NCBI GenBank assembly: GCA_040905385.1
Contig: JBBDRP010000002.1
Coordinates: 85,337 to 149,336, forward strand
Source: Minisyncoccota bacterium
GTDB lineage: Bacteria; Patescibacteriota; Minisyncoccia; Phycocordibacterales; SW-6-46-9
DNA length: 64,000 bases
Direction: 5' to 3'
The first letter of the stretch is position 1. The number at the start of each line of letters is the position of its first letter. The notes beneath the pieces are model-generated. The model was not told where the DNA came from. It saw only the letters and a program-made list of their open reading frames with translations, and did no database searches. Below are positions 18,721-29,129 of the stretch, piece by piece. Position numbers and translations under genes: made by a program.

Positions 18721-19533
18721 TTAATTATCTACGTTCAGTTGATAGAAGTTTTCAAATAGTTTTGCAATTAGGATCGGGCCAGTACCTTCCGGGGTAGGGG
18801 TGTAAAACTGCAGCTTCTCCAATTCTGCTTTATGAGCTGTATCTAAATCACCGCTGATGCGTCCGTTCTTTTGACCGTATCCAAAATCAATAAACCCCGC
18901 ACCATTCTTTAGCATCTCTGGCTTGACCAGTCCGGCCTGGCCGGTGCCGGATACGACCAGGTCGGCCTCTTTCAGCAGACCCAGATCAGAACCTTTATCG
19001 AGCACGGATACTTCCGGCGCTTTCCCGAAAAACCATGTTGCTACCGGTTTCCCAACCAGGGCACCAGCACCAACAACGGCGACATGCTTATCGTGGATAT
19101 CGAAACTCATCTCTTTCAGAATGGCCTGCACTACTCCAACCGCTGGTGGAAGCACGTGCGGCTCCTCTTGGTACAGACGGCTCACTGCCAACCGGCTGAG
19201 TACGTCAAGATCTTTTTCAGGTGGTATTTGATTAATCAGTTGATTGATCTGAAACCGGCTGTCGAGCGGGAGTTGAATAACAATTCCACCCGTACCTTTA
19301 TCCGCAGCCGCCTGCTGAACTAGCTCCTTAACCGCCGCCTGATCGTGATTGCTTGTTATTCTCTTGATCACAAAAGAAACACCAAGCCTTTCAGCGACTT
19401 GCTTCTTCTGCTGTACAAACCCAAAGGACTGCTGATTGTCATCCAGAAAAACCACCAATAATTTTTCTGGCGTTGGTTGCTGGTTAAGTCGTGCTATAAT
19501 CTCCTCTGCCTTAATTTTTCCATTAATCTTCAT
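18721..19533 (-). CDS. folD: Bifunctional methylene-THF dehydrogenase/cyclohydrolase
   Basis: GIVIQLPL, IPPEKDLD, VVGAGALVGKP, IDFG, YTPTPEGTGP (divergent). Confidence 0.85.
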   Translation of the reverse strand: MKINGKIKAEEIIARLNQQPTPEKLLVVFLDDNQQSFGFVQQKKQVAERLGVSFVIKRITSNHDQAAVKELVQQAAADKGTGGIVIQLPLDSRFQINQLINQIPPEKDLDVLSRLAVSRLYQEEPHVLPPAVGVVQAILKEMSFDIHDKHVAVVGAGALVGKPVATWFFGKAPEVSVLDKGSDLGLLKEADLVVSGTGQAGLVKPEMLKNGAGFIDFGYGQKNGRISGDLDTAHKAELEKLQFYTPTPEGTGPILIAKLFENFYQLNVDN

Positions 19534-19662
19534 AATATTTGTGCTGTTTCCTGCGCAGTATAGATGAAATACCGTCAGCAGGCCAGGTTGTGTATCGCGG
19601 TATCAAAACATGATATTCTTTAGGTAGGTGAAGATACCCAATTAGCAGATAATCTAACGTAT

Positions 19663-20358
19663 ATGGAAGCAAATATAATTCTTGACATAATCATTATTAT
19701 CCTTGCCGTAATTGCACTTGCTGGGTTGTGGAAGACCTTTGAAAAGGCAGGTGAGAAGGGCTGGAAGGGGATCATTCCTGTCTACAATTGCTACGTCATG
19801 CTGCGCCTGACCAAGCATTCAGGTTGGTGGATCGCGGTATTTATTGCTCCGGTACTGCTGCTTATTTTGGTGAGGATTATTTACGGTGGAGAGATCCCAA
19901 ACTCTACTACTGAAAACCCGGATGCCTTTCTCTCGACCATAGGGATTCTGGTGTTGTTGCTTGTGCTTGCCATCATGATTATTCAGACCGTCGTGACCTA
20001 TGAGATGGCTCGGTCTTTTAAAAAGAGGCTTAGCTTTACTTTTGGTCTGATTTTTCTGCCGTTCGTCTTCTGGCCTCTGCTTGGATTTGGAGATGCGCGG
20101 TACGTAGGTCTTTCTGATTCGGACTGTACATGTTCTGGCGAAGGCTGCACCTGTGGTGATAAACAAGAAGCGTCGACAGATAAGGCGGACGAAGAAGAGG
20201 AGAAGGACAGTGCTGAGGCTTTTTCTGATTTTGATAGTGGTACTGATGAAGGTGAAGGAGAGTCTGAAGATGATGAAAGCAACAACAATGAAGATAACAA
20301 GAAAAATGAAGCAGAACACACGAACGGTGACTCTCAAAAGGATTCAGATCAAGGCTAG
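19663..20358 (+). CDS. DUF5684-like membrane protein with a Cys motif and acidic tail
   Basis: LWKTFEKAGEKGWKGIIPVYN, LGFGDARYVG, then CTCSGEGCTC and a D/E-rich tail. Confidence 0.75.
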   Translation: MEANIILDIIIIILAVIALAGLWKTFEKAGEKGWKGIIPVYNCYVMLRLTKHSGWWIAVFIAPVLLLILVRIIYGGEIPNSTTENPDAFLSTIGILVLLLVLAIMIIQTVVTYEMARSFKKRLSFTFGLIFLPFVFWPLLGFGDARYVGLSDSDCTCSGEGCTCGDKQEASTDKADEEEEKDSAEAFSDFDSGTDEGEGESEDDESNNNEDNKKNEAEHTNGDSQKDSDQG

Positions 20359-20465
20359 TAGTCTTGCTACTCATCAGCTGCTAAACACGACACCTGGATG
20401 TCGTGTTTTTGTATTTGGCCAAACTGCGTATAATGGAGATACTACTTACTAACCATTACGTATAT

Positions 20466-21050
20466 ATGTCTCACGAACTACCAGAACTGCCATACCTATA
20501 CGATGCACTGCAGCCGGGAATTGATGAGCGAACGATGAAGATTCATCACGACAAGCATCACGCTGGTTATGTCAAAAAGCTCAATGTGGCGTTGGCTTCA
20601 TATCCAGACCTGGTTGATATGTCTGTTGAGAAATTACTAAAAAATCTGCAGGCCCTGGATGTTTCCGACGCCGACCGTACCGCCATCCGCCAGAACGGTG
20701 GTGGGCATGCCAATCACTCACTTTTCTGGGAGATAATGGGCCCAGAAAAGGAGGTAGATGAGGAGCTTGTCTCCGAGATCGAGGATGCCTGGGGGTCAGT
20801 GGACGGCTTCAAGGATGAGTTTGCCGAGATTGCCAGCGGCCGCTTCGGAAGCGGTTGGGCCTGGCTAGTCCGTGACGAAGGCGGCGAGCTCTCCATCTAC
20901 TCTACGGCTAATCAGGACTCACCACTACTGACCGGCGATACACCAATCATTGGTCTGGATGTCTGGGAGCACGCCTACTATCTTCAGTATCAGAATGAGC
21001 GGGGGTCTTACATCGACGCGTGGTTTGATGTGTTAAAGCTACTCCCGTAG
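20466..21050 (+). CDS. sodA: Fe/Mn superoxide dismutase (Mn-type signature)
   Basis: HHDKHH, NGGGHANH, FGSGWAWL, NQD, DVWEHAYY. Start reassigned to ATG 20466. Confidence 0.93.
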   Translation: MSHELPELPYLYDALQPGIDERTMKIHHDKHHAGYVKKLNVALASYPDLVDMSVEKLLKNLQALDVSDADRTAIRQNGGGHANHSLFWEIMGPEKEVDEELVSEIEDAWGSVDGFKDEFAEIASGRFGSGWAWLVRDEGGELSIYSTANQDSPLLTGDTPIIGLDVWEHAYYLQYQNERGSYIDAWFDVLKLLP

Positions 21051-21066
21051 CTTTAAATAGAGAGCC

Positions 21067-21186
21067 AATCGTGTCAGCCGGCAGATTTCTTTGTCAGCGC
21101 CTGCGGTTCTCACTCACCTTATTGTTATCATAAGGCTCGCTTCGCTCCTCGGCGCTTTCGCGAACTCTGCTCACCTGAGCACGATT
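21067..21186. repeat. Structured multi-hairpin element after sodA
   Basis: Outer stem AATCGTG...CACGATT with nested GCAGA/TCTGC and GCGCC/GGCGC stems and a CTCGCTTCGCTC motif. Confidence 0.6.
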
Positions 21187-21321
21187 TACGTTCGTGGTAT
21201 ACCGCCTACATTTTTTTTGTTTGTTTTAATCAGCCTACTTGGGCTGGTTTTGGAATAGTATTAAAAAATGCCTCCTGAATTAAATTAGCAGAAGGCATTT
21301 AAGTTGTTGTTATTTTTCAGA

Positions 21322-21621
21322 TCAGAATTTGATTTCCATATCTGCTTTACTGGGATCGGGACCATCTGGTATGAGTATACATTTCTTATTTTCTGGCATT
21401 CGATAAAGTCTGGCTGTAAAGTACTCATCTTCTTCATAATCATCTTGATTTTGAAGAGCTTTTTTTACTTCAGGATCTTTCGGCGGCAGTGCTGCTTTGA
21501 GGGTCGTTGCAACCTCTTTTTCAGTATCAGCTTTTACTAGATAAGTTGTAGTGAAAAAAGAGGTCCATTTATGCATACCGATATACGGAGTAGTAAGAGT
21601 AACTAGAAAAATAGTGTTCAT
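21322..21621 (-). CDS. Hypothetical protein (AT-rich ORFan)
   Basis: 99-aa ORF, promoter TTGAAG-N17-TACTCT, terminator at about 21265-21300. Confidence 0.5.
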   Translation of the reverse strand: MNTIFLVTLTTPYIGMHKWTSFFTTTYLVKADTEKEVATTLKAALPPKDPEVKKALQNQDDYEEDEYFTARLYRMPENKKCILIPDGPDPSKADMEIKF

Positions 21622-21717
21622 GATCTTGGGATTTAGTTTGGGGTTGTTACAGAACTACCTGCTAGAGTAGACCATAGATGCAATCTCTTCAAGTTTATTT
21701 TTGCTATAGTGGTAGCC

Positions 21718-22464
21718 ATGAAATTAATTACATTAAATGTTTGGGGTGGTTTAAAAGAGCAAGAACTGGTGGATTTCTTTCAGCAGAAGAAGGGTGAGGT
21801 TGATATTTTCTGCTTACAGGAGGTAAATCACGATGCAGAAGGAAAGAATTCTGATTTTCCTGATGATAACCACACTTTTCTTGCCGATACTGCCGCTATA
21901 TTAGAAGGGTACGATTACTACTTTTATCCGAGTATCGAGGATCACTACGGATTAGCCTCTTTTGTACGCAAGGGAATTAAAGTGGTAGATGAAGGGGATG
22001 AATTTGTGAGTGGAGAACATGGTCAGGCGTATGACCTGGAAACAGACAAGGATCATGCTCGTAATGTGCAGTTTCTTGAGATAGAAGAAGCTGGTGCGAA
22101 TTTTTTGATTCATAACTTCCACGGTATGTGGACGAAAGAAGGAAAGATTGATACTCCAAAGCGAATTCAGCAGGCAAAAAATATTGCGAATCATCTTAAG
22201 GATCAAAAATTACCACAAATAATTGCGGGTGATTTTAATTCTCGACCAGACACCCAGAGCATGAAGATCATTGAAGAGGCTGGATTACGAAATCTGGTGA
22301 AAGAGTATGGCGTCACTGATACGCGGACAGGGTTTTATGAAAAGGAGGAGCGCTTTGCCGACTACATTCTCGTTTCGGATGGTGTGCAGGTAAATGACTT
22401 CAAGGTACTGCCAGACGAAGTATCTGACCACGCGCCGCTGTACCTGGATTTTGCTATTATGTGA
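21718..22464 (+). CDS. Endonuclease/exonuclease/phosphatase (EEP) family protein
   Basis: ITLNVW, CLQEV, AGDFNS, DYIL, SDHAPL. Confidence 0.92.
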   Translation: MKLITLNVWGGLKEQELVDFFQQKKGEVDIFCLQEVNHDAEGKNSDFPDDNHTFLADTAAILEGYDYYFYPSIEDHYGLASFVRKGIKVVDEGDEFVSGEHGQAYDLETDKDHARNVQFLEIEEAGANFLIHNFHGMWTKEGKIDTPKRIQQAKNIANHLKDQKLPQIIAGDFNSRPDTQSMKIIEEAGLRNLVKEYGVTDTRTGFYEKEERFADYILVSDGVQVNDFKVLPDEVSDHAPLYLDFAIM

Positions 22465-23057
22465 TTACAATGATCGTACTTGATACGGAGACAACTGGTA
22501 TTGACCCGCAAAAATGTTCGTTACTTTCGATTGGCGCTCTTGAGTTTGAGAATCCCAAGAACCAGTTTTATGGCGAATGTAGAATTTTTGATGGAGCAGT
22601 TGTGCATGATAAAGCACTGGAAGTTAATGGGTTCTCTGAAGCTGAAGCCGTTGATCCAGAAAAGCCATCACCGGGTGAGTTGCTGAGTTCTTTCTTCGCC
22701 TGGTCGAAGAGTTGCGCAGAAAGAGATGTTGCTGGTCATAATGTTACTTTTGACACTGGTTTCTTACTAGCCCAGGCGGATCGTGACAATCTCACGTATC
22801 CTTTTTCGCATCGTGTTGTTGATACATATTCATTGGCCTGGATGCATATGGTGCAGTCGGGAGAGGAGATTCCACGCAAAGGTGATTGGTCTAGCATCGA
22901 TTCTGATTTTATATTCAACTATGTTGGTATTAGCCAGGAGCGTGGCGAGCATAATGCGTTGGAGGACGCCAAGCTCACTGCCGAGGCTATTTCACGACTG
23001 GCGTACAACAAGCAGCTTCTGGAAGAGTATCAACAATTTCCCATTCCGTGGAAATAG
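22461..23057 (+). CDS. DEDDh 3'-5' exonuclease (DnaQ-like)
   Basis: LDTETTG, GHNVTFD, HNALEDA. Confidence 0.92.
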   Translation: MITMIVLDTETTGIDPQKCSLLSIGALEFENPKNQFYGECRIFDGAVVHDKALEVNGFSEAEAVDPEKPSPGELLSSFFAWSKSCAERDVAGHNVTFDTGFLLAQADRDNLTYPFSHRVVDTYSLAWMHMVQSGEEIPRKGDWSSIDSDFIFNYVGISQERGEHNALEDAKLTAEAISRLAYNKQLLEEYQQFPIPWK

Positions 23058-23131
23058 ACCCACTTACTTAAAGTTTGGATAGATAAAATAAACCCCGAGG
23101 CGCTGATCTGCGCTCGGGGTGTTGGTTTGAA

Positions 23132-23425
23132 TTACTGATAACGAACCTTTTTCAAATGAATGATCGCATTCTTCACAATCTCGGTCAGCCTCCTTTCTTT
23201 CATTTCGTCATTTAATAAAGGATTCATAAGCCCAGCCTGCGCCCAGGAATTTCGGATAATGCTTTCTGTGTACTTTTCACAGCGAAGCTCCCTTAATGCT
23301 TCCGGTGCGTTTTCGTAGAGTTTATTGATAAACTGCATCATGATGGGTTTCTGTGCCCTTGCTTCTTTTCTTAGTTCGTCCAAGAGTTCTTTCACGGTTC
23401 TTTCAACTTTCATGGCTTTATCCAT
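23132..23425 (-). CDS. Hypothetical protein (AT-rich ORFan)
   Basis: AGGAGG SD, TTGACG upstream, terminator at about 23090-23121. Confidence 0.6.
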   Translation of the reverse strand: MDKAMKVERTVKELLDELRKEARAQKPIMMQFINKLYENAPEALRELRCEKYTESIIRNSWAQAGLMNPLLNDEMKERRLTEIVKNAIIHLKKVRYQ

Positions 23426-23552
23426 AACAACCTCCTGGTTGTATTTATTAAAGAATTTTAGTTTAAGCTGCTCTTAGCTTGTCATGTAAAAAAGACTTCG
23501 TCAAGAGATTTTTCGTTGCAATTTGTTTTGTAAGCCTTACAATAAGCAACAT

Positions 23553-24260
23553 ATGAAAACAATACTTACAATTATAGGACTCGCAATTTTAGCCGTAATC
23601 ATTTTCTTTGTGATTGGTGGCAACACGGCCGATGCGCCGACAAACACGGCTACTTCGACTGACGAGGTGGCAACCAGCACAGAAGCAGAGCTTGAAGCTA
23701 ATGTGTCAGACGGTGAGTACACCGTCGATACGGAGAATTCAATAGTAACCTGGAAGGCCGAAAAGAGCTTCGTGGACGGATACGCTGACAGCGGATTTAT
23801 TCCCGTATCAACCGGGACAATCACTGTTGCTGAGGGGGTTGTTGCTACAAGTAGCATTACACTAAACGTGGCGGAAATAACAGCTACTGAGACCTCAAAT
23901 ATCAACGTTGGCGTGGATCGGCTTACCAGTCATCTGCGCAGCGATGATTTCTTTGCCACCGAGGAGTTTCCTGAAGCAAGCTTTACCGTTACCAATATTG
24001 AAGCAGTAGAGGGAAGTGAAACCACTTACAACGTAACCGGTGATCTTACTATCAAAGGCGAGACAAACGAAATTACCTTCCCGGCTGAGATTGGGATGGA
24101 TGATTCCCAACTGGTCGTTTCCGGCAGCACCGTGATTGACCGTACCGAGTGGGATGTACGCTTCCGATCCCCGTCATTCTTTAACGACCTTGGTGACAAC
24201 GCGATTGCCGACGAGGTTTCCATTACCTTCGATCTGGTAACACACTCTACCGCTAACTAA
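23553..24260 (+). CDS. YceI-like lipid/polyisoprenoid-binding protein
   Basis: N-terminal TM, HLRSDDFF...FPEASF, VTGDLTIKG, IDRTEW. Confidence 0.9.
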   Translation: MKTILTIIGLAILAVIIFFVIGGNTADAPTNTATSTDEVATSTEAELEANVSDGEYTVDTENSIVTWKAEKSFVDGYADSGFIPVSTGTITVAEGVVATSSITLNVAEITATETSNINVGVDRLTSHLRSDDFFATEEFPEASFTVTNIEAVEGSETTYNVTGDLTIKGETNEITFPAEIGMDDSQLVVSGSTVIDRTEWDVRFRSPSFFNDLGDNAIADEVSITFDLVTHSTAN

Positions 24261-24308
24261 TAATTAAGAGCTAATTTGCTAATAGCTAACCGCTAAAGGC
24301 TCGCTTAT

Positions 24309-25100
24309 ATGACTTACATAGACGAACGCTATTCAACACCACTTACAAAAGTTGTACTGGCCCTACTACTGATCGTTACTTTTTTCTTTGTGGTGATGTC
24401 AGTAAACGAGATTCGTGAAGGTGCCTACATCGGTCAGTCATCTGATGTGCAGAACACAATTTCGGTAAATGGTAAGGGCGAAGCCACCGCCATTCCGGAC
24501 ACGGCCAAGTTTACGGTTGGTGTAACACATGAAGCTGATACGGCAGAGGAGGCACAGACGCAGTCGAGTGAGGCGATGAATGAAATAATTAATTATCTTG
24601 CAGATGCAGGAATTGCTGAAGAAGATATCAAGACGATCAATTACAATGTCTCTCCTCGGTATGAATACTACGAAGCCCAGATTAGCCGACCGGGTGGTCA
24701 GCGTCAGCTAGTGGGGTATGAGGTAAGTCAGACCATTGAGGTTACGACTGATGATCTTGATCGTGCAGGCGAGCTACTCAGCGGCGTTGGTAGTCGTGGT
24801 GCTGACCGTGTTTCTGGATTACAGTTTGTTGTTGATGACGAGGAAGGGGTGCTGCGAGAGGCACGTGGAAATGCCATCGCTGATGCCCGTATAAATGCCG
24901 AGCAACTTGCCGAGGATCTTGGCGTACGTCTTGATGGAGTTGTTGGTTACAACGAGCTTGGTGGCGTCTCACCAATGTATCGTATGGAGCAGGCTGCTTT
25001 TGCAGATGATGCTGGTATGGGTGGCGGTGTATCTCCACAACTCCCGACTGGTGAGAATCGAGTAGAGTCTCGTGTTCAAGTGATTTATAAAATCAGGTAG
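24309..25100 (+). CDS. SIMPL domain (DUF541) protein
   Basis: TISVNGKGEA..PD, GIAEEDIKT, AIADAR..AEQLA, PTGE. Confidence 0.9.
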   Translation: MTYIDERYSTPLTKVVLALLLIVTFFFVVMSVNEIREGAYIGQSSDVQNTISVNGKGEATAIPDTAKFTVGVTHEADTAEEAQTQSSEAMNEIINYLADAGIAEEDIKTINYNVSPRYEYYEAQISRPGGQRQLVGYEVSQTIEVTTDDLDRAGELLSGVGSRGADRVSGLQFVVDDEEGVLREARGNAIADARINAEQLAEDLGVRLDGVVGYNELGGVSPMYRMEQAAFADDAGMGGGVSPQLPTGENRVESRVQVIYKIR

Positions 25101-25111
25101 TGTTCACATTC

Positions 25112-25223
25112 TTCTTTTGTGTGTGCACAAATAATTCTCCAGCGAAGAATTTTATCCGCTCGCGTGATTTTTCCACTACGTGAAAACCGTGCAAATTACG
25201 CTGCGCGAGGCGCCACAAAAGAA
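25112..25223 (+). repeat. F1 repeat, copy b
   Basis: ACAAATA-hairpin-TTTATCCGCTCG-hairpin-TGCGCGAGGC with outer stem TTCTTTTGTG/CACAAAAGAA. Confidence 0.8.
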
Positions 25224-25372
25224 AACGTTCTCTTTCAAGATAAAAAACCGCACAAATGTGAGGTTTTGTGCTGATTATATCAACAGATTGCTTGACCTAT
25301 ATTAAATTTTGTTCTACTCTCTACTTAGATAGATTCACCTTCACATAAATTCACAATCAAAACAGGATTCTT

Positions 25373-26128
25373 ATGAAAAAACTGACTGCATTCCTATCAC
25401 TACTGATACTCACTGTCTCTGTACCGACCATTGCTGCAGCTGTTCAGTCTGACGTAACCAATCCAACCGACCGCCTTGTCTTCCAAGGAATTGCTGAAAA
25501 TAACTTTAGTTCAGTCGATAAACGAAATCTTGCTCGTGGAGAAGTGATTGAGAAAGAATTTCTTCAACCCGCCTTCCCGGCTAAACTTTTTCCCGTGGTT
25601 GAGCGGAGACAAAAAAGTATTATAGCTAATTTCTCTGCAGATAATTCCGGGATTGTAACCGAGGTGCCTGGAACTCGAAAAGAGTCCATGATAACCGAAA
25701 GCTCCTCAAGAGGACTACTGACTTCAATAGCGTGGTTAGTAATTCCATTCGCCAGTATTTTCTTTTTTGCGCTTTCTAGACCAAATAACAAAAAGCATGA
25801 AAAGGACTTCAAGAAGTTCGCCTTATCTTCTGGATCAATTGTTCTCGTCAGTCTTTTGGCCGGTGCGTATATTGGACCAACAGTCGGCTTACTTGTTGGA
25901 GCCGTTGGTGGAGTTATCATTGGAGCCGTCTATCTTTCTTTGTTCGGCTTCTTTGCTACATTTCTGTCAGCTGGGACCGTCGGTTACTATGCAGGAATCA
26001 TGACAGGGGCTGATACATCCTTAGGGATACTTTACTCGTACTGGGGGTTATACCTATTAGTATGCGCCCTAGCGGTTTTGGCTCGATGGGGTCAGAATCA
26101 CTCTACTACTGAACTCATAACAGGGTAG
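25373..26128 (+). CDS. Hypothetical membrane protein with signal peptide and Gly-rich TM helices (ORFan)
   Basis: TTGACC-N17-TACTCT at 25292-25320, AGGA SD, terminator at 26152-26180. Confidence 0.6.
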   Translation: MKKLTAFLSLLILTVSVPTIAAAVQSDVTNPTDRLVFQGIAENNFSSVDKRNLARGEVIEKEFLQPAFPAKLFPVVERRQKSIIANFSADNSGIVTEVPGTRKESMITESSSRGLLTSIAWLVIPFASIFFFALSRPNNKKHEKDFKKFALSSGSIVLVSLLAGAYIGPTVGLLVGAVGGVIIGAVYLSLFGFFATFLSAGTVGYYAGIMTGADTSLGILYSYWGLYLLVCALAVLARWGQNHSTTELITG

Positions 26129-26253
26129 TAATTAAAACATTAATTTATTGGAACGCACTGATTTAATCAGTGCGTTTTTTACTTTTTTACCCCAAAATCT
26201 CTGGTTTGTGGGTTTACATGCAGATAAATTTTTGCTACATTTATCCATGCAGC

Positions 26254-26439
26254 GCCAAAGACCACAGGCAAAGCTTGCGCAATTTCTAATGACCAATTCC
26301 TAATTTCTAGTTACTTTTAGAGATTAGATATTCCGATTTAGAAATTCGAGCGTAGCGAGTAAGTCCTGTCGAGGCCGCACAGACTCCAGATTTTTTGTAT
26401 TTGGATACGTTGCGGTGGCTTGGCGCCACCGCTTTTTTT
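26254..26439 (+). promoter_or_regulatory. L10 leader-like RNA with an internal insertion and an attenuator-like terminator
   Basis: GCCAAAGACCACAGG...TAAGTCCTGTCGAGGC matches my recollection of the L10 leader core. Hairpin GCGGTGGC/GCCACCGC plus T7 at 26412-26439, upstream of rplJ. Confidence 0.65.
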
Positions 26440-26549
26440 ATTGAGCGGTTAGCGAAATACCAGGTTAAACATCCCGCTAAAGCGGGATAAAATCGTAGAT
26501 TTTGTTCAACACGGGTAATGATCACTTTATTCACTAGATCGAAATAATT

Positions 26550-27047
26550 ATGGCACTAACACGAACACAAAAGACAGAAGTGCTTGCAGACCTGAGAGAG
26601 ATCCTGGATCAGGATCAGACTGTCACCTTTGTTCGTTTTGATCGTCTGTCTGTTGGCCGTATCGATGAGTTGCGAAGTCAGCTTCGCGAGGATGATGTAC
26701 GCCTACAGGTTGTTAAAAAGACGCTACTTGGTGTGGCGCTTGATGATGCCGAGATTCCTGGTGATAAGCCAGAATTTCCGGGTCAGATTGCCCTCACGTA
26801 TGGTCCTGGCAAAACAGCTTCTGCCCGCGGTTTGCACAACTTCAAGGTTGATGCAGATGCTGGTGAAGAGCTCGAGATTGTCGGCGGTATCTTCAATGGG
26901 GAGTACCGAGGCCAAGAGTCAATGATGGAGATCGCTCAGATTCCATCCACCGAAGAGTTGCGAGGTATGTTTGTTAACCTTATCAGCTCACCGGTCAGTG
27001 GCTTTGCAGTAGCACTTGATCAATACGCACAAAAGCAGGAAGCATAA
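26550..27047 (+). CDS. rplJ: 50S ribosomal protein L10
   Basis: LRSQLR, VVKKTL, IAQIPS.EEL; lies before rplL. Confidence 0.93.
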   Translation: MALTRTQKTEVLADLREILDQDQTVTFVRFDRLSVGRIDELRSQLREDDVRLQVVKKTLLGVALDDAEIPGDKPEFPGQIALTYGPGKTASARGLHNFKVDADAGEELEIVGGIFNGEYRGQESMMEIAQIPSTEELRGMFVNLISSPVSGFAVALDQYAQKQEA

Positions 27048-27108
27048 ACGGAAAATTTTTATCACGTCTGACGTGATCTAATTAATAATATCTAATTTCT
27101 AATTAATT

Positions 27109-27666
27109 ATGGCTGAAGAAAAAAACAACGAAGAGGAGAAGAAGGAGGAAGAGGAAAGTGAAGAGGAGGAGACCGAAGAAGCAGAAGAAGAAAAGGAAGA
27201 GGAAGCAACCGAAGAAGAAGAGTCAGCAGATGACGAAGCCGACGATGCTGATGACGCAGATGAATCTGAGGACACAGAGGAAGAAGGTGAGGATGTAGAG
27301 GTTCCAGAGAAGTTTGCTGACATTGTCGAAGAGATCGAAGGTATGCCTGTTATCGAGCTGAACGAGCTGGTAAAGCTTCTGGAAAAGAAGTGGGGCGTAT
27401 CTGCACAGGCAGTAGCTGCTGCCGGTGGTGGCGGTGGAGAAGAGGAAGAGGAAAAGGATGCCTACGATGTAGAGCTAACTGACTTCGGTGACTCCAAGAT
27501 TGGTGTTATCAAGGCAGTAAAGAGCGCGCTTGGTCTGGGTCTAAAAGAGGCCAAGGGACTCGTTGAGGACGCACCAGTTGTACTGAAAGAAAAGGTTGCA
27601 ACTGAGGATGCTGAGGCGATGAAGGAGGCGATTGAAGAGGCGGGTGGAAGTGTGGAATTGAAGTAG
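27109..27666 (+). CDS. rplL: 50S ribosomal protein L7/L12 with a roughly 60-aa acidic N-terminal extension
   Basis: [44 protein letters not shown]. Confidence 0.95.
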   Translation: MAEEKNNEEEKKEEEESEEEETEEAEEEKEEEATEEEESADDEADDADDADESEDTEEEGEDVEVPEKFADIVEEIEGMPVIELNELVKLLEKKWGVSAQAVAAAGGGGGEEEEEKDAYDVELTDFGDSKIGVIKAVKSALGLGLKEAKGLVEDAPVVLKEKVATEDAEAMKEAIEEAGGSVELK

Positions 27667-27668
27667 CT

Positions 27669-27801
27669 TGAAGTTTATCTACTTACTGCACTACAAGTAA
27701 ATTCCCAGCGGGAATTTCTATCTGCTCAGCATCGCAGTCCCGTGCATACGGGACATCATGCTGCGATGCTTGCGCAAGGCTTGTAAGCAGATAACACTTC
27801 A
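27669..27801 (+). repeat. F1 repeat, copy c
   Basis: TGCACTACAAGTA-hairpin-CTATCTGCTC-hairpin-TGCGCAAGGCTT. The stems differ in sequence from copy a but still pair. Confidence 0.8.
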
Positions 27802-27949
27802 CACCGCCTCGAGGGAGGTTAAGGTAAAAAAGACTGCCCAGTGGGCAGTCTTTTTTGTTGGCTCGATAAGAGAAAATAAATTGACAATTCTTCTTTAAAT
27901 CTGTACTTTAATATTAAATGTAATCTTAACAACTAAATAGGAGGTGCCT

Positions 27950-29032
27950 ATGGCACGTTCACGAAAAGACAGAGTATTTGACGCCCTTAGTCCACAAGAA
28001 GAAGACTCAGCGATATTTAAAACTCGACACGCAGTCAATTGGTCACAGCACTGGAAGGTACAAAAAGCCAGTCGAGGTATCCGGGATCTGCAGGGAGAAC
28101 TGTTCGAAAAGGTAGAGAAGCGAGAGTTGTTGGAGGGGATTTTTGGTAGAGATGGTGGTTTAAAGCAAGTTCGATCTAAGTTTTGGTCATTGCTGATCTC
28201 ATTGCTGGTCTCATCCACTATTGCTAGCTTAGCGGCTGGAAAAATAGTGGAGAAGATATTCGAGATTTGGTACTGGAGGGGTTTTTTAAGCCTTCTCTTC
28301 ATCACTTCGGTTGCTTCTTTCTTGTATACTCTTTACAGAACGTATATTGATCTCTACCCGCGCGCAGCTTGGCTTTATTGGTGGAAGGTACGCAAAGAAG
28401 AGCGCGAGCCGATCAACTCTATTGAGGCGATTGAGCATTTGATCTATTTATTCAATAAAAGTTCGATTACTGAGTTGTCGGGAGCCTTCAGTGATATGTA
28501 CCATTACAACAAGTACAGAGAGGAGGCTGTGAAGTATCGGGACTGGCTAGAGAAAAACACACAGAAAGATTCTATCCACAGCCAAGAAGTTCTTGATATG
28601 TTCAAGGACCGCTTTGATGCCGTAGAAAGCATTTTTCAGAAGCTTGAACGAAAGGAAGAAGAGATACTGACTCAAGCCAAAAAGCTATCGGCAAAGACTT
28701 TCCCCAGTCACAAGAAAGAGATGGTTAGGATAGAGAGGTCTATTTCCGAGCTTGTTTCTGAAGAGTCAGGTAATATCGAGAATCTTCTCGTACAACCACA
28801 GGAGAAAAAGAGTGAAATCGAAGAAGAAATCATCACTTCTGTGAAAACGCTTCATGAGATGTTCAGTACAGCCTTGAGAATCTGTAGAAACATTCACCAT
28901 GAAAAATGGAAGAAGCGAGATGATGACTCTGTTACTCGCATGTCGACTAAGTCTCTAACGAGAATCCAGAAGATGGAGTTAACAGAAGACGACGAAGTCA
29001 AAGAGGAAGAAGACATCTCAAATGAAAAATAA
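27950..29032 (+). CDS. Hypothetical protein, two TM helices plus coiled coil (ORFan)
   Basis: TTGACA-N17-TACTTT at 27881, AGGAGG SD, terminator at about 29042-29076. Confidence 0.65.
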   Translation: MARSRKDRVFDALSPQEEDSAIFKTRHAVNWSQHWKVQKASRGIRDLQGELFEKVEKRELLEGIFGRDGGLKQVRSKFWSLLISLLVSSTIASLAAGKIVEKIFEIWYWRGFLSLLFITSVASFLYTLYRTYIDLYPRAAWLYWWKVRKEEREPINSIEAIEHLIYLFNKSSITELSGAFSDMYHYNKYREEAVKYRDWLEKNTQKDSIHSQEVLDMFKDRFDAVESIFQKLERKEEEILTQAKKLSAKTFPSHKKEMVRIERSISELVSEESGNIENLLVQPQEKKSEIEEEIITSVKTLHEMFSTALRICRNIHHEKWKKRDDDSVTRMSTKSLTRIQKMELTEDDEVKEEEDISNEK

Positions 29033-29129
29033 TCACAACCCGCTCCTGCCCAGTTAATTCTGGGGAGGGGCTTTTTAAAACACACAGAAAATATTTTTCC
29101 AGAATGTTTTGTGTTAAAATCGTTTTTGT

